NCBI GenBank assembly: GCA_035936155.1
Contig: DASYWJ010000034.1
Coordinates: 66,586-130,585, forward strand
DNA length: 64,000 nucleotides
Direction of reading: 5' to 3'
DNA from: Tepidisphaeraceae bacterium
GTDB taxonomy: Bacteria > Planctomycetota > Phycisphaerae > Tepidisphaerales > Tepidisphaeraceae
Below are positions 17,670 to 27,561 of this stretch, piece by piece; position 1 is the stretch's first letter, and each line of letters begins with the position of its first letter. The position numbers and the translations under genes were made by a program. The notes beneath the pieces are model-generated. The model was not told the origin of the DNA, made no database searches, and saw only the letters and a list, made by a program, of their open reading frames with translations.

Positions 17670-20567
17670 TCACAGGCTGGTCAGTTCCTCGCCCGTGGTG
17701 TTGTCAAGAATGCTGTCCCTGGAGACCTCGTGGAAGAACCAGTCGCGGCCGCCGCCGCCGCGCATGCGATCGGTTGCGCCGTCGTTGCCAACCGTGGCCG
17801 CTGTGAGCACGTTGACGCCATTGAGGCCTCCGCCGTTGCGGAGATTGGCGATGCGGGTCGCGTTGGGATTGGCCGAGCCCCATTCGGCGGAGAGGGAGGC
17901 GAGCGCGTCGTTGTCAGCGTCATGCTGAGTGGTGCCGCCGATGAGGATGTCCTCGCCGTCTCCGCCCTTCAGTTCGTCGCCGCCCAGGCCGCCGATGAGG
18001 ATGTCGTTGCCGGAGCCGCCGGTGAGCGTGTCGAGAGCGGTTCCCCCGAGCAACACATCATTACCGGCGCCGCCGCCGAGCTGGTCCAGGCCGTTCTCAC
18101 CGCGGAGAATGTCATCGGCGCCTCCGCCGCGCAGCGTGTTGTTGCCGTTGCCGCCGTTGAGGATCAGCGGGATCATCACGTCGTCGGTTGCGATGATGCT
18201 GTCGTGGCCGTTCCTGCCGTTGATCGTGATGGAGGTTGTTTCCTCAATGCCGTAGTGGAGCACCAGGCCGTTGAACTCCAGGCCAACCATCTCGACCCCT
18301 TCTTCGTTGACAACCTTGTAGAGCCTCACGACATCGTCGCCATTGGTGAGGTCAACGACGGCGCGGCCCTGGTTGTCAAGGAGGGTCGACTTGAGGTAGA
18401 AGGTGGCGCCTGCCGAGCGCCGGCTGTCGTTGAAGCCGCTCTGCACCTGCTCGTAGGTCACGTTGCCTTCGACATCAATGACGACGTCAATGGGGCCTTC
18501 GGGGTCCTCGCCCCCGGTGGCAGCGCCGTAGCGGGCGGCGAAGGTCGTGCGCTGCTCGAAGGGGTCATTGCTTAAGCCGGCCACGAGAATCTTCTCGTTG
18601 TGCAGCGCTACGCCCAGCGCTGTATCCTGATACTGCCCCGACGCGTCGCCGGGCGCCATGTCGGTCTCCACGTGCGCGCCGCCGTTGAATGATGGATCCA
18701 GCGCCACGCCATTGAAGCGCGCCAGGACAACGTTGTCCGCGCTGGCGCCGGCGACCACCACCGTTCCGCTGCCCGGGTCATACGCCACGGCGTTGTAGCT
18801 CAGCCGGCCGTCGTCGAACTGTGGCAGGTTGTAGGTCTGGGCGTCGATGAGCAGGCCGTCGGCGGAAAACTCGGCGATGGCGCCGCGTGAGCCGAAGAAC
18901 GGGTCAGGCTCCAGCCGGAGGAATACCGGTTGGGAGGACTGGCCGACGGTGACGATTGTGCCGTCGGGTTTGACGGCGACGTCGTTCAGCACGTCGAACG
19001 TCTGCGAACCAAAGTCGAGCACGGCCAAGCCGTTGCCGCCGAAGGCAAAGTCACGGCCGCCGAAGGAGTCGAATCGGGCGATCACGAAATCGTCGCCCAA
19101 GGTGCCGGCCGCGATGATGTTCGCCGGGCCCTCGATCGCCGGCTGCAGCCCAATCGCGGAGCCGCGCGAGCCGCTCGCGAAAACCGTGCTGATGCCCGTC
19201 CCATCGTTGAAGTTCGGATCGAGCGTGCCCGTCGGCGTCAGCCGCATCACGAACATCGCCTGGTTTTCTGAGAAAAGTGCATGCGTGCCCACAATGGCGA
19301 TGATGCCGTCGCCATCGACGAGCACATCGCGCCCCTCGTCATCCTGGGTGTCGCTGAAGATGTCGAACGTGCGGAACCCGAATGCATCGTCCACCGCGCC
19401 GGTGCTATCAAGCCGGGCGACGGCGACATCCAGGTCGTTGCGCTGCGGGGACCTGGACTGCCCCACGATGATGACCCCGTCGCCGCCGTCGATAGCAACG
19501 CCGAACGCCTCATCGTCGCCGGCGGAGCCGATCTCGGCCACGCCGTCACCGGCGAAGGTATTGTCCCACGTGCCGTCGGAATTGTAGCGCGTGGCAACGA
19601 AGTCCTGACTTTCGGTGTCGGGAACGAACTTCGAGCCGACGAGGACCACGCGGCCCTGGGAATCGACGGCGGCCGCGGAGATTGCGGACCAGTCCGTGAC
19701 GGGCCCGGAGGTGAAGCCGCCTTCGTCGCCGTAGGTTGGATCAAGCTGCCCCGGGTCGACGCCAGCCTCCTGGAGCACGGCGTTCAAGGCCGCCGTTTGT
19801 GCCGCGGCGCGGGCGGGCGTGATGTCGATGCCGTCGACCGATGCCAGGTCGAAATCGCCCGCCCCGCCGTCGACGGTATCGACGTCGCTGTGCTTTGCGT
19901 ACAGTGCGTCGTTGCCGCCGCCGCCGAATAGCTTGTCGGAGCCCGTGTTGCCGATCAGTTCATCGCTGCCGTCGTTGCCGGTGATGGAATCATTTCCGCC
20001 CCCGCCGGCCAGGAAGTCCTGCACCGTTCCGCCGCTGCCGATCAGTGTGTCATTGCCGGCGGTGCCGAGCACTTCCTCGGCGTCGCAGTCGTCCCCCTCG
20101 GCGCCGTTGTTGCCGCCATCGGCGACGTTGTCGTTGAGGCTGACGCGGACGGCGGAGGTGCGCGCGGAGTAGCTGATGGTGTCGAGCCCCCCGTCGCCCG
20201 AGAAGTCATCGGCGCCGGCGCCACCCACCATCGTGTCGTTGCCGTTGCCGCCCGAGATGGTGGAGGGGATGCCGCTTCCGATATTGCCGGAGATGAAAAT
20301 GTAATCGTTCCCACCGCCGGCGTTGACGAAGATCTTGTTGAACTGTCCCGCGCTATTGCCGGAGACGAACGTCGTGCTGACTCCGGTGACGCTCACGCGT
20401 CCGTTGGAAAGCCGGTTGACGACGATTTCCTCTGAGCTGGACGAACCGTCGATCCGCAGAACATTTCCCGAGAGGATCGACGCGGTGGTGAGGAACCGGC
20501 GGACTTCGAGCGGCTGGAGTTCGAAGATGCCGGCGATATTGGCGCGCATGCGCTTAGTGGATTTCAT
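17670..20567 (-). CDS. Large RTX-like calcium-binding repeat protein (haemolysin-type GGxGxD repeats plus beta-propeller/delta-60-like repeats)
   Basis: Dozens of GGAGADDF, GGNGND and GGSGNDIL nonapeptide-type repeats at both ends; central DxDGxxD-rich repeats; no N-terminal signal peptide. Confidence 0.75.
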   Translation of the reverse strand: MKSTKRMRANIAGIFELQPLEVRRFLTTASILSGNVLRIDGSSSSEEIVVNRLSNGRVSVTGVSTTFVSGNSAGQFNKIFVNAGGGNDYIFISGNIGSGIPSTISGGNGNDTMVGGAGADDFSGDGGLDTISYSARTSAVRVSLNDNVADGGNNGAEGDDCDAEEVLGTAGNDTLIGSGGTVQDFLAGGGGNDSITGNDGSDELIGNTGSDKLFGGGGNDALYAKHSDVDTVDGGAGDFDLASVDGIDITPARAAAQTAALNAVLQEAGVDPGQLDPTYGDEGGFTSGPVTDWSAISAAAVDSQGRVVLVGSKFVPDTESQDFVATRYNSDGTWDNTFAGDGVAEIGSAGDDEAFGVAIDGGDGVIIVGQSRSPQRNDLDVAVARLDSTGAVDDAFGFRTFDIFSDTQDDEGRDVLVDGDGIIAIVGTHALFSENQAMFVMRLTPTGTLDPNFNDGTGISTVFASGSRGSAIGLQPAIEGPANIIAAGTLGDDFVIARFDSFGGRDFAFGGNGLAVLDFGSQTFDVLNDVAVKPDGTIVTVGQSSQPVFLRLEPDPFFGSRGAIAEFSADGLLIDAQTYNLPQFDDGRLSYNAVAYDPGSGTVVVAGASADNVVLARFNGVALDPSFNGGAHVETDMAPGDASGQYQDTALGVALHNEKILVAGLSNDPFEQRTTFAARYGAATGGEDPEGPIDVVIDVEGNVTYEQVQSGFNDSRRSAGATFYLKSTLLDNQGRAVVDLTNGDDVVRLYKVVNEEGVEMVGLEFNGLVLHYGIEETTSITINGRNGHDSIIATDDVMIPLILNGGNGNNTLRGGGADDILRGENGLDQLGGGAGNDVLLGGTALDTLTGGSGNDILIGGLGGDELKGGDGEDILIGGTTQHDADNDALASLSAEWGSANPNATRIANLRNGGGLNGVNVLTAATVGNDGATDRMRGGGGRDWFFHEVSRDSILDNTTGEELTSL

Positions 20568-20772
20568 GTTGTGCCCTTCCTCCGATGACGAGATGACTGT
20601 GGCGGGGTTGCCCTTCGGGGCAAGACGTTACAAAAACCGATCTGCAGACGCAAGGAATAACAAGAGAATTTGCGCCCAACCAGATGCGAAGCCACGCCTC
20701 ACAATAGCGCAGAATTCCCTACAGTGATATGGCTCACCGTCGAGGCAGTCCGGCGAGGTCGCGGGATCAGCC

Positions 20773-22152
20773 TCAGCGTGTCCTGCGCACCTTCTGATCG
20801 GCCGCGGGCTGGACACCGGCGGACTTTAGCTTGACCGGCTGGGCGGCCTTGACCGTCACGGCCGGCGCCGCCTGCACCTTGGTCGCAGATTTGACAGAAG
20901 CGGGGACCGCTTGTGACGTGGAGTCGGCGAAAATCCGGGCGGTGCCGAGCAGCATTCCTTCGCCGCCGCCGTTGGGCGTGATCGCTTCCGACGTGAAGCT
21001 CACCGTCTCCACTACGCGCTGCCCGCCTTGAAAGACGTCTACGGTCGCGGGCGTCGTCGCGCCTGAGATGTGCTGGGAACCAAAGAAGTAGCCCCCCTCG
21101 GGAAAGGTACCAGGCCAATATACGATTTCGATGCCGCCGTTGGGGCCTCCGCGATGGTCGAAACCAGTGCGCCCGCCATTGGGGATCACATTCAGCCCCC
21201 CTATCGGGTACACCGTGTTGCGGTCGGCGTCCTGCGCGTTGGGTGCGTGCGGGCTGAGGACCGCGAGGTTCAGGTCGGCGTTGTTGTCCCAGCGGAGCAC
21301 GAAGTTGAGTGAACCGGGGAGCACTGGAATGAGTTCGGCGTCGGTCGTGGGGTGCGTGCCGCCGCGGATGACCTTGATGCCCTTCTCGTAATCGTAGCCG
21401 ATCGTCGCGCCGCGCGAGAGGAGATTGGCGATCAATCCTGCTTCCGCGTCGGTCCGCGCCAAGGCCGCGCCGGGGTCGACGAACGCCTCGGCCAGTGATG
21501 CCTCAGCGGCGCTGTCGGCGTTTTCGTTGACCTTCAGCTTGCCCGCGCCCGGTCCGCCGAAGCGGATGCGCTTGCGCGCGTCACGGAATTCCGCCCGGCC
21601 CGTCAGGCTCACGGCCTGCGCGACGAACGGCCGCTGGTCGTACAGGCTCACCTTCGTTCCGCGAACGGCCAGTGTGCTGCTGGGGCTCGAGATCGTCGAC
21701 TCGTGCTCGCGCCCCGCCGCCTCGATGTCGTAGCGCGTCCGGCCGTAGCGCATGCCCAGGTTGGTCTTGAATTTCCCGTTGTCATTGACCGCCTGGAGCA
21801 CCTTGACCGTGCCGAGGCGGTCCAGCGTGATGGTCTGATCCGGTGGGATGGTGAATTGCACGGCGCTGCGCGGGCCGGTGCGGAATTCGGCGTTCTGGTC
21901 GAGCACCATCCCGACAGCGGCCTTCTGCCACGGCTGGCCCTCAGCCGTGCGGACCTGCACAACGCCCTCGACGCCCGTCACGGTCGCCTGGAGCGCTTCG
22001 GCGCTCTCTGCCGGTTGCGTGGCCGGCTGTGAGGGTGTCGCCGCCGGCTGCGTGGGCTGCAATGCCTGGGCAACAGAACCAGCGGCTGCGATAACAGCTA
22101 AGAATATGCCAATGCGGCGTAGCATCTGTCTGCCTCCGACGGTCTTTTTCAC
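20773..22152 (-). CDS. Secreted FecR-domain-like protein
   Basis: Signal peptide (MLRRIGIFLAVIAAAGSVAQA). FecR-like segment VEGVVQVRTAEGQPWQKAAVGMVLDQNAEFRTGPRSAVQFTIPPDQTITL. Lies 10 nt downstream of the lipoprotein gene. Confidence 0.55.
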   Translation of the reverse strand: MKKTVGGRQMLRRIGIFLAVIAAAGSVAQALQPTQPAATPSQPATQPAESAEALQATVTGVEGVVQVRTAEGQPWQKAAVGMVLDQNAEFRTGPRSAVQFTIPPDQTITLDRLGTVKVLQAVNDNGKFKTNLGMRYGRTRYDIEAAGREHESTISSPSSTLAVRGTKVSLYDQRPFVAQAVSLTGRAEFRDARKRIRFGGPGAGKLKVNENADSAAEASLAEAFVDPGAALARTDAEAGLIANLLSRGATIGYDYEKGIKVIRGGTHPTTDAELIPVLPGSLNFVLRWDNNADLNLAVLSPHAPNAQDADRNTVYPIGGLNVIPNGGRTGFDHRGGPNGGIEIVYWPGTFPEGGYFFGSQHISGATTPATVDVFQGGQRVVETVSFTSEAITPNGGGEGMLLGTARIFADSTSQAVPASVKSATKVQAAPAVTVKAAQPVKLKSAGVQPAADQKVRRTR

Positions 22153-22161
22153 GCAGGTCCG

Positions 22162-22761
22162 TCACTGCGGGGAGGGGCCGGTGAGTGCGTCCACCTGGCC
22201 CGGCAGAACCGCCGCCGGGACGTTGGCCGGGTTGCCGCGCTGATAATCTTCGATGCGGCCGATGATCCCGACGAATTCGAACCCGCTGAACGTCTGGTTG
22301 GGGCTACTGGGGGGATACACCCCTGCAAACATCAATTCCCGCACCGCGTACCGCGGCGAGACGCCGAAGATGCGGCTCGTCACGCCTCCGCTCAACCCCG
22401 TCAGCCGCATGATTGCGACCGCCAGCGTGCCTCGACTGACGGCGACATCCCCCGGATCATCGAAGCCCCTGGGCAGCATGTTGCGCGCGCGCAGCTTCTC
22501 GACGCGCGCCTGGTATCCGGCGGCGTCGTCCTCTCCGTCCATGTAGAGCAGCAGCCCATGGAATGAATCGTCGTTGCTCGTGAGGGATTTCTCGGTGAGC
22601 CGGTGCCAGAATTCCATCTGCGCATCGACCTCGCTGCCGCCGAACTGCGCTGTGAGCGAGTCGGGGACGGGGGTGGGGGAGGACTGACAACCTGCTCCGA
22701 GCAACAGGACGATGAGCGCTGCAATCAAGAGTGACGCGGGGAGTCCAGCGTCAAAACGCAT
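22162..22761 (-). CDS. Lipoprotein, hypothetical
   Basis: LLIAALIVLLLGAGCQSS is a signal peptide plus lipobox. The start overlaps the upstream OMP stop by 11 nt. Confidence 0.6.
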   Translation of the reverse strand: MRFDAGLPASLLIAALIVLLLGAGCQSSPTPVPDSLTAQFGGSEVDAQMEFWHRLTEKSLTSNDDSFHGLLLYMDGEDDAAGYQARVEKLRARNMLPRGFDDPGDVAVSRGTLAVAIMRLTGLSGGVTSRIFGVSPRYAVRELMFAGVYPPSSPNQTFSGFEFVGIIGRIEDYQRGNPANVPAAVLPGQVDALTGPSPQ

Positions 22762-24244
22762 AGGTCACCCCCGTATGAATGAAGTGACGGGGCTCATCAG
22801 ATTCAAACACGTCGTCATTCGGGAAGAAAAGCCCGTAGCGAATAGAGAGCGTGACGTCGCTGGTGATCTGCCAGTTGAGAAACACGTCCGGCTCCCAGCC
22901 CAGATAGCGCTCGCCCTCGGAGCCGGGGATCAGCGGCTCGTCGATGACCGCATCCGAATCCGTGCGGTAGAAGACGAACCAGTCGGCGCCGATCTGGATG
23001 CGCGATAAGACCCCGCCGCCGTCGGCGAAGGGAAAGGTGCTGGCCCCGACCCGGAAGCTGGTGAGGTTCGATACCTGCGGCGCGAAAGCGAGCCCGGTGT
23101 TGAGCAGTCCGAAGCCGTTGAACGCGTTGTCATCCGTGCCGGGGGTGTTGCCGCCGAATGTGTCAGATGTGCTGAGCACGCGATCGTCGTCGCCAGACGC
23201 GACGATGACCTCGCCCGTGAAGCGCGACCGGCGGACGTCGGCAAGCAGGTAATCGACGCGAAGGTTCGCGGCCCAGGCGTCGATGTCCTCCTTCGTCTGC
23301 GGAATCGGCTCGATGAAGAGGCTGTCGCCGGAAAAGCTGTTCGACAGGCCGCTGCCGCCCTCATGCACAAGCTCCACGCCATAGAGCCAGCGGTCCCCGA
23401 AGGACCCGGCCGAGCCGACGCCGAGGTAATGGCTGTCGTATTCGAATTCGGTCGAAACCGGCCCCTGCACGAGCGGGTCATCATCGTTGTAGTCGCGCTG
23501 CACGAGCCCGTAGACGTACGGCCGGTGCCGCCCGATCGCCTTGGAAAGCATCGCTCCGTAAAACCCGCGCCGCGTGTTGTGATCAAAGTTTGGCCGCGAG
23601 GCGTCGAAGTCGACCGTCCGCGTGGGCGTGACGCCCGCGATCAGCGACAGACCGATGTCCGTGCGCCACGACAGGTCTACCATCACGCCGTCGATGTCCT
23701 GGCTGAGCACGAGCCCGTTCGCCCAGTAGACGAGGTCGCGGCCGCCCTTGAAGACGACGTTGTAGTCGAGCTGCTCGCCCGCATATGCGGCGCGCGAGCG
23801 GGCGAGGTCGAAGCGGTAGTATCCGGCGTCGAGGTCCGGATCGATGCGCTCGTCGCCGCGGCCGTCGAAGCTGTCGCCGTCGTTGAAGTCGCGCCACCCG
23901 ACGCGCCCGCGCAGGAAGAACTCGTGCGCGCCGTCGATGTTCAACCGGAAATACGGGAACAGCTCGTACTGCCGCAGGACGTGGTTTTCATCGACGTTGT
24001 CGTCGAGCGAGAGGTATCCGAATGTCACGTAAGCCCCGTAGTCGATATACGTCCGCTGCCCCAGCGGCACGTCGGGGTTGATCTCGAGGATGGTGTCGCG
24101 GCGGATCTGCTCGAGTTGGCGCTGAAAGCGCTCCAGGTCCTGCTGCTGCGCATGGGAAATCGACGAGGCAGCGGCGCAGGCACAGAGGGCGAGCACGGCG
24201 AGGGCCAGTCGCCGGCGGCAGCAGCAGCGGTGCGTGGTAGCCAT
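22751..24244 (-). CDS. Outer-membrane beta-barrel protein (hypothetical)
   Basis: The ATG at 24244 gives MATTHRCCCRRRLALAVLALCACAAASSISHAQQ, a signal peptide. The protein is rich in alternating aromatic/Gly beta-strand patterns and ends in ...GVTYAF, the OMP C-terminal aromatic signature. Confidence 0.6.
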   Translation of the reverse strand: MATTHRCCCRRRLALAVLALCACAAASSISHAQQQDLERFQRQLEQIRRDTILEINPDVPLGQRTYIDYGAYVTFGYLSLDDNVDENHVLRQYELFPYFRLNIDGAHEFFLRGRVGWRDFNDGDSFDGRGDERIDPDLDAGYYRFDLARSRAAYAGEQLDYNVVFKGGRDLVYWANGLVLSQDIDGVMVDLSWRTDIGLSLIAGVTPTRTVDFDASRPNFDHNTRRGFYGAMLSKAIGRHRPYVYGLVQRDYNDDDPLVQGPVSTEFEYDSHYLGVGSAGSFGDRWLYGVELVHEGGSGLSNSFSGDSLFIEPIPQTKEDIDAWAANLRVDYLLADVRRSRFTGEVIVASGDDDRVLSTSDTFGGNTPGTDDNAFNGFGLLNTGLAFAPQVSNLTSFRVGASTFPFADGGGVLSRIQIGADWFVFYRTDSDAVIDEPLIPGSEGERYLGWEPDVFLNWQITSDVTLSIRYGLFFPNDDVFESDEPRHFIHTGVTYAF

Positions 24245-24338
24245 TCTTTGGCCGGGCATGCTGCGCGAGCGGACCGGGCTGTGCAAGTTTTTTCGCCAGA
24301 AGGAACAGCAGCACCTGCAAGGGCGCAACGGGAACGGG

Positions 24339-24818
24339 TCAGCCGTTCACGGGCGCGGCGCAGGAGTCGAGGACGCGGTCGATGGTGGCCCACAACCGTT
24401 CGACGGCGACGGGCTTGGTCAGGTGATGGAGAAAGCCGGCCTCGAGGCTCTTGCGGGCGTCCTCCGGCATGCCGTAACCGCTCAGCGCGATGGCAGGGAG
24501 CTTCGCCGGGCGAGAAGACAACTGGCGCACGAGATCGAGCCCGCTGCCGTCGGGCAGTCCAAGGTCGGAAATCAGCAGATCGAACCGCTCCGTCGCCACC
24601 GCGTGTGTCGCTTCGGCGAGCGTTGTGGCAACCGTGACGCTGTACCCGCGGCGGGCGAGCAGTCGGCGCATCATGGCGGCGGTATCGACATGATCCTCTA
24701 CCAGCAGGATGCGACAGGGCTGGAGCGGGGCCGAGGCCGGGGGACCGGCGGGAGCAACGACAGGCTGAATGGCGACGGCCGACGCGGAAGCGGCCGGTCC
24801 TTCGGCTTCAGAACACAC
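24339..24818 (-). CDS. Single-domain CheY-like response regulator
   Basis: Receiver domain ILLVEDHVDTAAMMRRLLARRGY...DLLISDLGLPDGSGLDLVRQL...LSGYG...LTKPV. I prefer the GTG at 24818 with a GGGAGG Shine-Dalgarno 9 nt upstream. The tracked ORF extends to 25193 through a low-complexity region and into the divergent gene. Confidence 0.65.
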   Translation of the reverse strand: MCSEAEGPAASASAVAIQPVVAPAGPPASAPLQPCRILLVEDHVDTAAMMRRLLARRGYSVTVATTLAEATHAVATERFDLLISDLGLPDGSGLDLVRQLSSRPAKLPAIALSGYGMPEDARKSLEAGFLHHLTKPVAVERLWATIDRVLDSCAAPVNG

Positions 24819-25032
24819 TGATGTGACCTCCCCGACGTGACCCGCCCCGGCGCCTCGACGCCGGCCGAGCCAACTAACCCGTTCCACGTACGCCGAAGCG
24901 CAACCGCCGGTTCGTGAAAATCGAAAGGTTTGGTGAAATCTGTTTGGCAGTGCATCGTCAGCGCCGGCATCGTGTGATTCGCGGCCCTCGCCGACCGTGC
25001 GGGGACGCGGAAAACCGTGTAAAACCTTCCCA

Positions 25033-27561
25033 ATGATTCGGGTCATCGGTCTGGTGTTGCTCGCGAGCAGCGGCGTGCTGGTCGCTATTGGATCCTCGCC
25101 AGAAACAACCGCCGCCACCACTTCGCCCGCATCACAGCCCGCGCCGACGCCGGTCCCCTTTCTGACGCCACAAGAGCAAGCCACGACATTCAACCTCCCG
25201 CCCGGCTTCCGCGCCGAAGTTGTCGCGAGCGAGCCGATGGTCGAGCACCCCGTGCACGTTGCCTTCGATCCCGATGGCCGGATGTGGGTCGCCGAGATGC
25301 GCGCCTACATGCCGGACACCGAAGGCTGGGGCGAGACCAGGCCGATTGGCCGCGTTTCGGTGCTCCAGGACGTCGACGGGGACGGGCGGATGGACCAATC
25401 GACCGTCTTTGCTGACGACCTCGTGCTCCCGCGCGCTGTGGGATTCGCGGGCGACGGCGTGCTGATCGCGTCGCCGCCGCACCTGTTCTTCTGCCGCGAC
25501 ACCGACGGCGACGGCAAAGCCGACGCGCGCCAGATGCTCCTCGATGATGCCGGCACCGTCGGCAACCCGGAGAATTCCTTCAACGGACTGCTCTACGGGT
25601 TGGACAACTGGATCTACAACGCGAACTACGAGCGGCGCATCCGCTACTCGGGCGAGGGAAAGTTTACATACTCGCCGGTCCCCGACCTCGGCCAGTTCGG
25701 CATCGGCCGTGATGATTACGGGCGGTTGTTTTTCAACACCAACAGCGACCACCTGCGCGGGTCGCTCGTTCCGCCGCACTACATGACGCGGAACCCGCAC
25801 AGCACCGGGACGCTGGCGAACACGCGGATTGCAACGGATCAGGCGGTGTTTCCCGTACACGCGGCGACGATCAACCGCGGCTACCGCCCCGAGTTCATCC
25901 ACCCTGACGGCCGCCTGAAGGCGTTCACCGCCGCATGCTCGCCGTGGATTTACCGTGGCGATTTGTTCCCCGACGAGTTTTACGGCAACGCGTTCGTCGC
26001 CGAGGCCACGTCCAACCTCGTCCGCCGCGCGGTGATCACGGAGAAGGACGCAGGGCTGTCGGCGAGGAACGCTTACGCCGATCGCGAGTTCATCGCGTCG
26101 GACTACGAGCGCTTCCGCCCCGTTAACTTCGCGACCGGGCCGGAGGGTGCGCTGTACGTCATCGACATGCACCACGGGCTGATCCAGCACAAGATCTCCA
26201 TCACCGAGTACGCGCGCGAGAACTACAAGGCGAAGAACCTGCACAAGCACCTGCGCACGGGACGCATCTTCCGCATCGTGCCGGACGACAAGCCGGTTCC
26301 GGTCGTGCGGCCGAACCTGAGCGAGGCAACGAGCGAGCAGCTCGTCGCGCACCTCAAACATCCCAACGGCTGGTGGCGCGACACCGCGCAGCGCTTGCTC
26401 GTCGAGCGGCAGGACCGCAGCGTCGTTCCGGCGCTACAGGAAATGGCTGCGAAAGCCGATTTGCCCGTTCATCGGCTGCACGCGCTGTGGACACTTGAGG
26501 GGATTCAGCTGCGCCCAGAGAACGTGCGAACCGCGCTCGCTGACGCCGACGAGAAGGTCCGCGCCAATGCGATCCGCCTCGCCGAGCTTTTCCTTGACCC
26601 GGTCCTCGACCAGCCGCTGCTCAGCGATGTGCTGAAGCTGAAGCATGACACGAGTGCCGACGTTCGGTTGCAGTTCGTGCTGACGATGTCCGGTATGGAG
26701 CAGGATTCCGCCGTCGCCGAGGTCCTTCGTGATCATGGCGGAAACTACATGCTCCGGGAGGCGGCGATCAGTGGGCTGGCGAAGCGCGAGATCGACTTTC
26801 TCGAGCGGCTGCTGACCGACAGCGCCGGGCAGACGCAGTCGGAGGCGCGGCACGACGTCTTCACCGACGTCGCTCGTGCCGTGACGCGCCGCTACAGCGC
26901 AGATGAGATGCTGCGTCTCGTGGAGCTCATCGGTTCACAACCGCTGGAGCGGCAGTGGCAGCAGCTTGCGATGCTCGAAGCCCTGCCGGCGGTGAGGAAG
27001 GACGACCTTGGCTCGGAAAAGCCGATCGACGTGCCCGCAAAGCCGGCGGCCATCGACGCGCTCGCGGCGTCGCAGCACAAGCAACTGGCGAGCGGCGCGA
27101 AGAAAATCGCCGCCCTGTTCCACTGGCCGGGCAAGCCGGTCCCCCCGCGGCCGAAGCCCGCGCCGCTCACTCTGCGGCAGCAGGAGCTGTTCGAGCTCGG
27201 CCGCGAGCAGTACGCGCTCGTCTGCGCGCAGTGCCACCAGCCGGACGGAATGGGCGCCGAGGGCAAGGCGCCGCGCCTGCGCAACAGCCCCTGGGTGCTT
27301 GGACCCGACAAGCGACTCATCCGCATCGTGCTTCACGGCATGCGCGGCCCGGTGAAAGTCGGCGACACGATCTGGAACCTGGACATGCCCTCGTGGGCCG
27401 CCATGACCGATGAGCAGATCGCCGGCGTGCTGACGTACATCAGGCGCGAATGGGGCCACGAGGCCCCCGCCGTCAGCGAGGCCGACGTGCATTCAATCCG
27501 CGACTGGAACCAGGCCCGCAAAGATGGTTGGACCGAAGCGGAACTGTTGCAGATCCGTTGA
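25033..27561 (+). CDS. PVC-type putative membrane-bound dehydrogenase with HEAT repeats and a C-terminal CxxCH cytochrome c domain
   Basis: Signal peptide MIRVIGLVLLASSGVLVAIG. An N-terminal dehydrogenase-like beta-propeller segment (FNLPPGFRAEVVASEPMVEHPVHVAFDPDGRMWVAEM) is typical of the Pirellula/Verrucomicrobium family. HEAT-like repeats follow, then CAQCH. Confidence 0.75.
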   Translation: MIRVIGLVLLASSGVLVAIGSSPETTAATTSPASQPAPTPVPFLTPQEQATTFNLPPGFRAEVVASEPMVEHPVHVAFDPDGRMWVAEMRAYMPDTEGWGETRPIGRVSVLQDVDGDGRMDQSTVFADDLVLPRAVGFAGDGVLIASPPHLFFCRDTDGDGKADARQMLLDDAGTVGNPENSFNGLLYGLDNWIYNANYERRIRYSGEGKFTYSPVPDLGQFGIGRDDYGRLFFNTNSDHLRGSLVPPHYMTRNPHSTGTLANTRIATDQAVFPVHAATINRGYRPEFIHPDGRLKAFTAACSPWIYRGDLFPDEFYGNAFVAEATSNLVRRAVITEKDAGLSARNAYADREFIASDYERFRPVNFATGPEGALYVIDMHHGLIQHKISITEYARENYKAKNLHKHLRTGRIFRIVPDDKPVPVVRPNLSEATSEQLVAHLKHPNGWWRDTAQRLLVERQDRSVVPALQEMAAKADLPVHRLHALWTLEGIQLRPENVRTALADADEKVRANAIRLAELFLDPVLDQPLLSDVLKLKHDTSADVRLQFVLTMSGMEQDSAVAEVLRDHGGNYMLREAAISGLAKREIDFLERLLTDSAGQTQSEARHDVFTDVARAVTRRYSADEMLRLVELIGSQPLERQWQQLAMLEALPAVRKDDLGSEKPIDVPAKPAAIDALAASQHKQLASGAKKIAALFHWPGKPVPPRPKPAPLTLRQQELFELGREQYALVCAQCHQPDGMGAEGKAPRLRNSPWVLGPDKRLIRIVLHGMRGPVKVGDTIWNLDMPSWAAMTDEQIAGVLTYIRREWGHEAPAVSEADVHSIRDWNQARKDGWTEAELLQIR

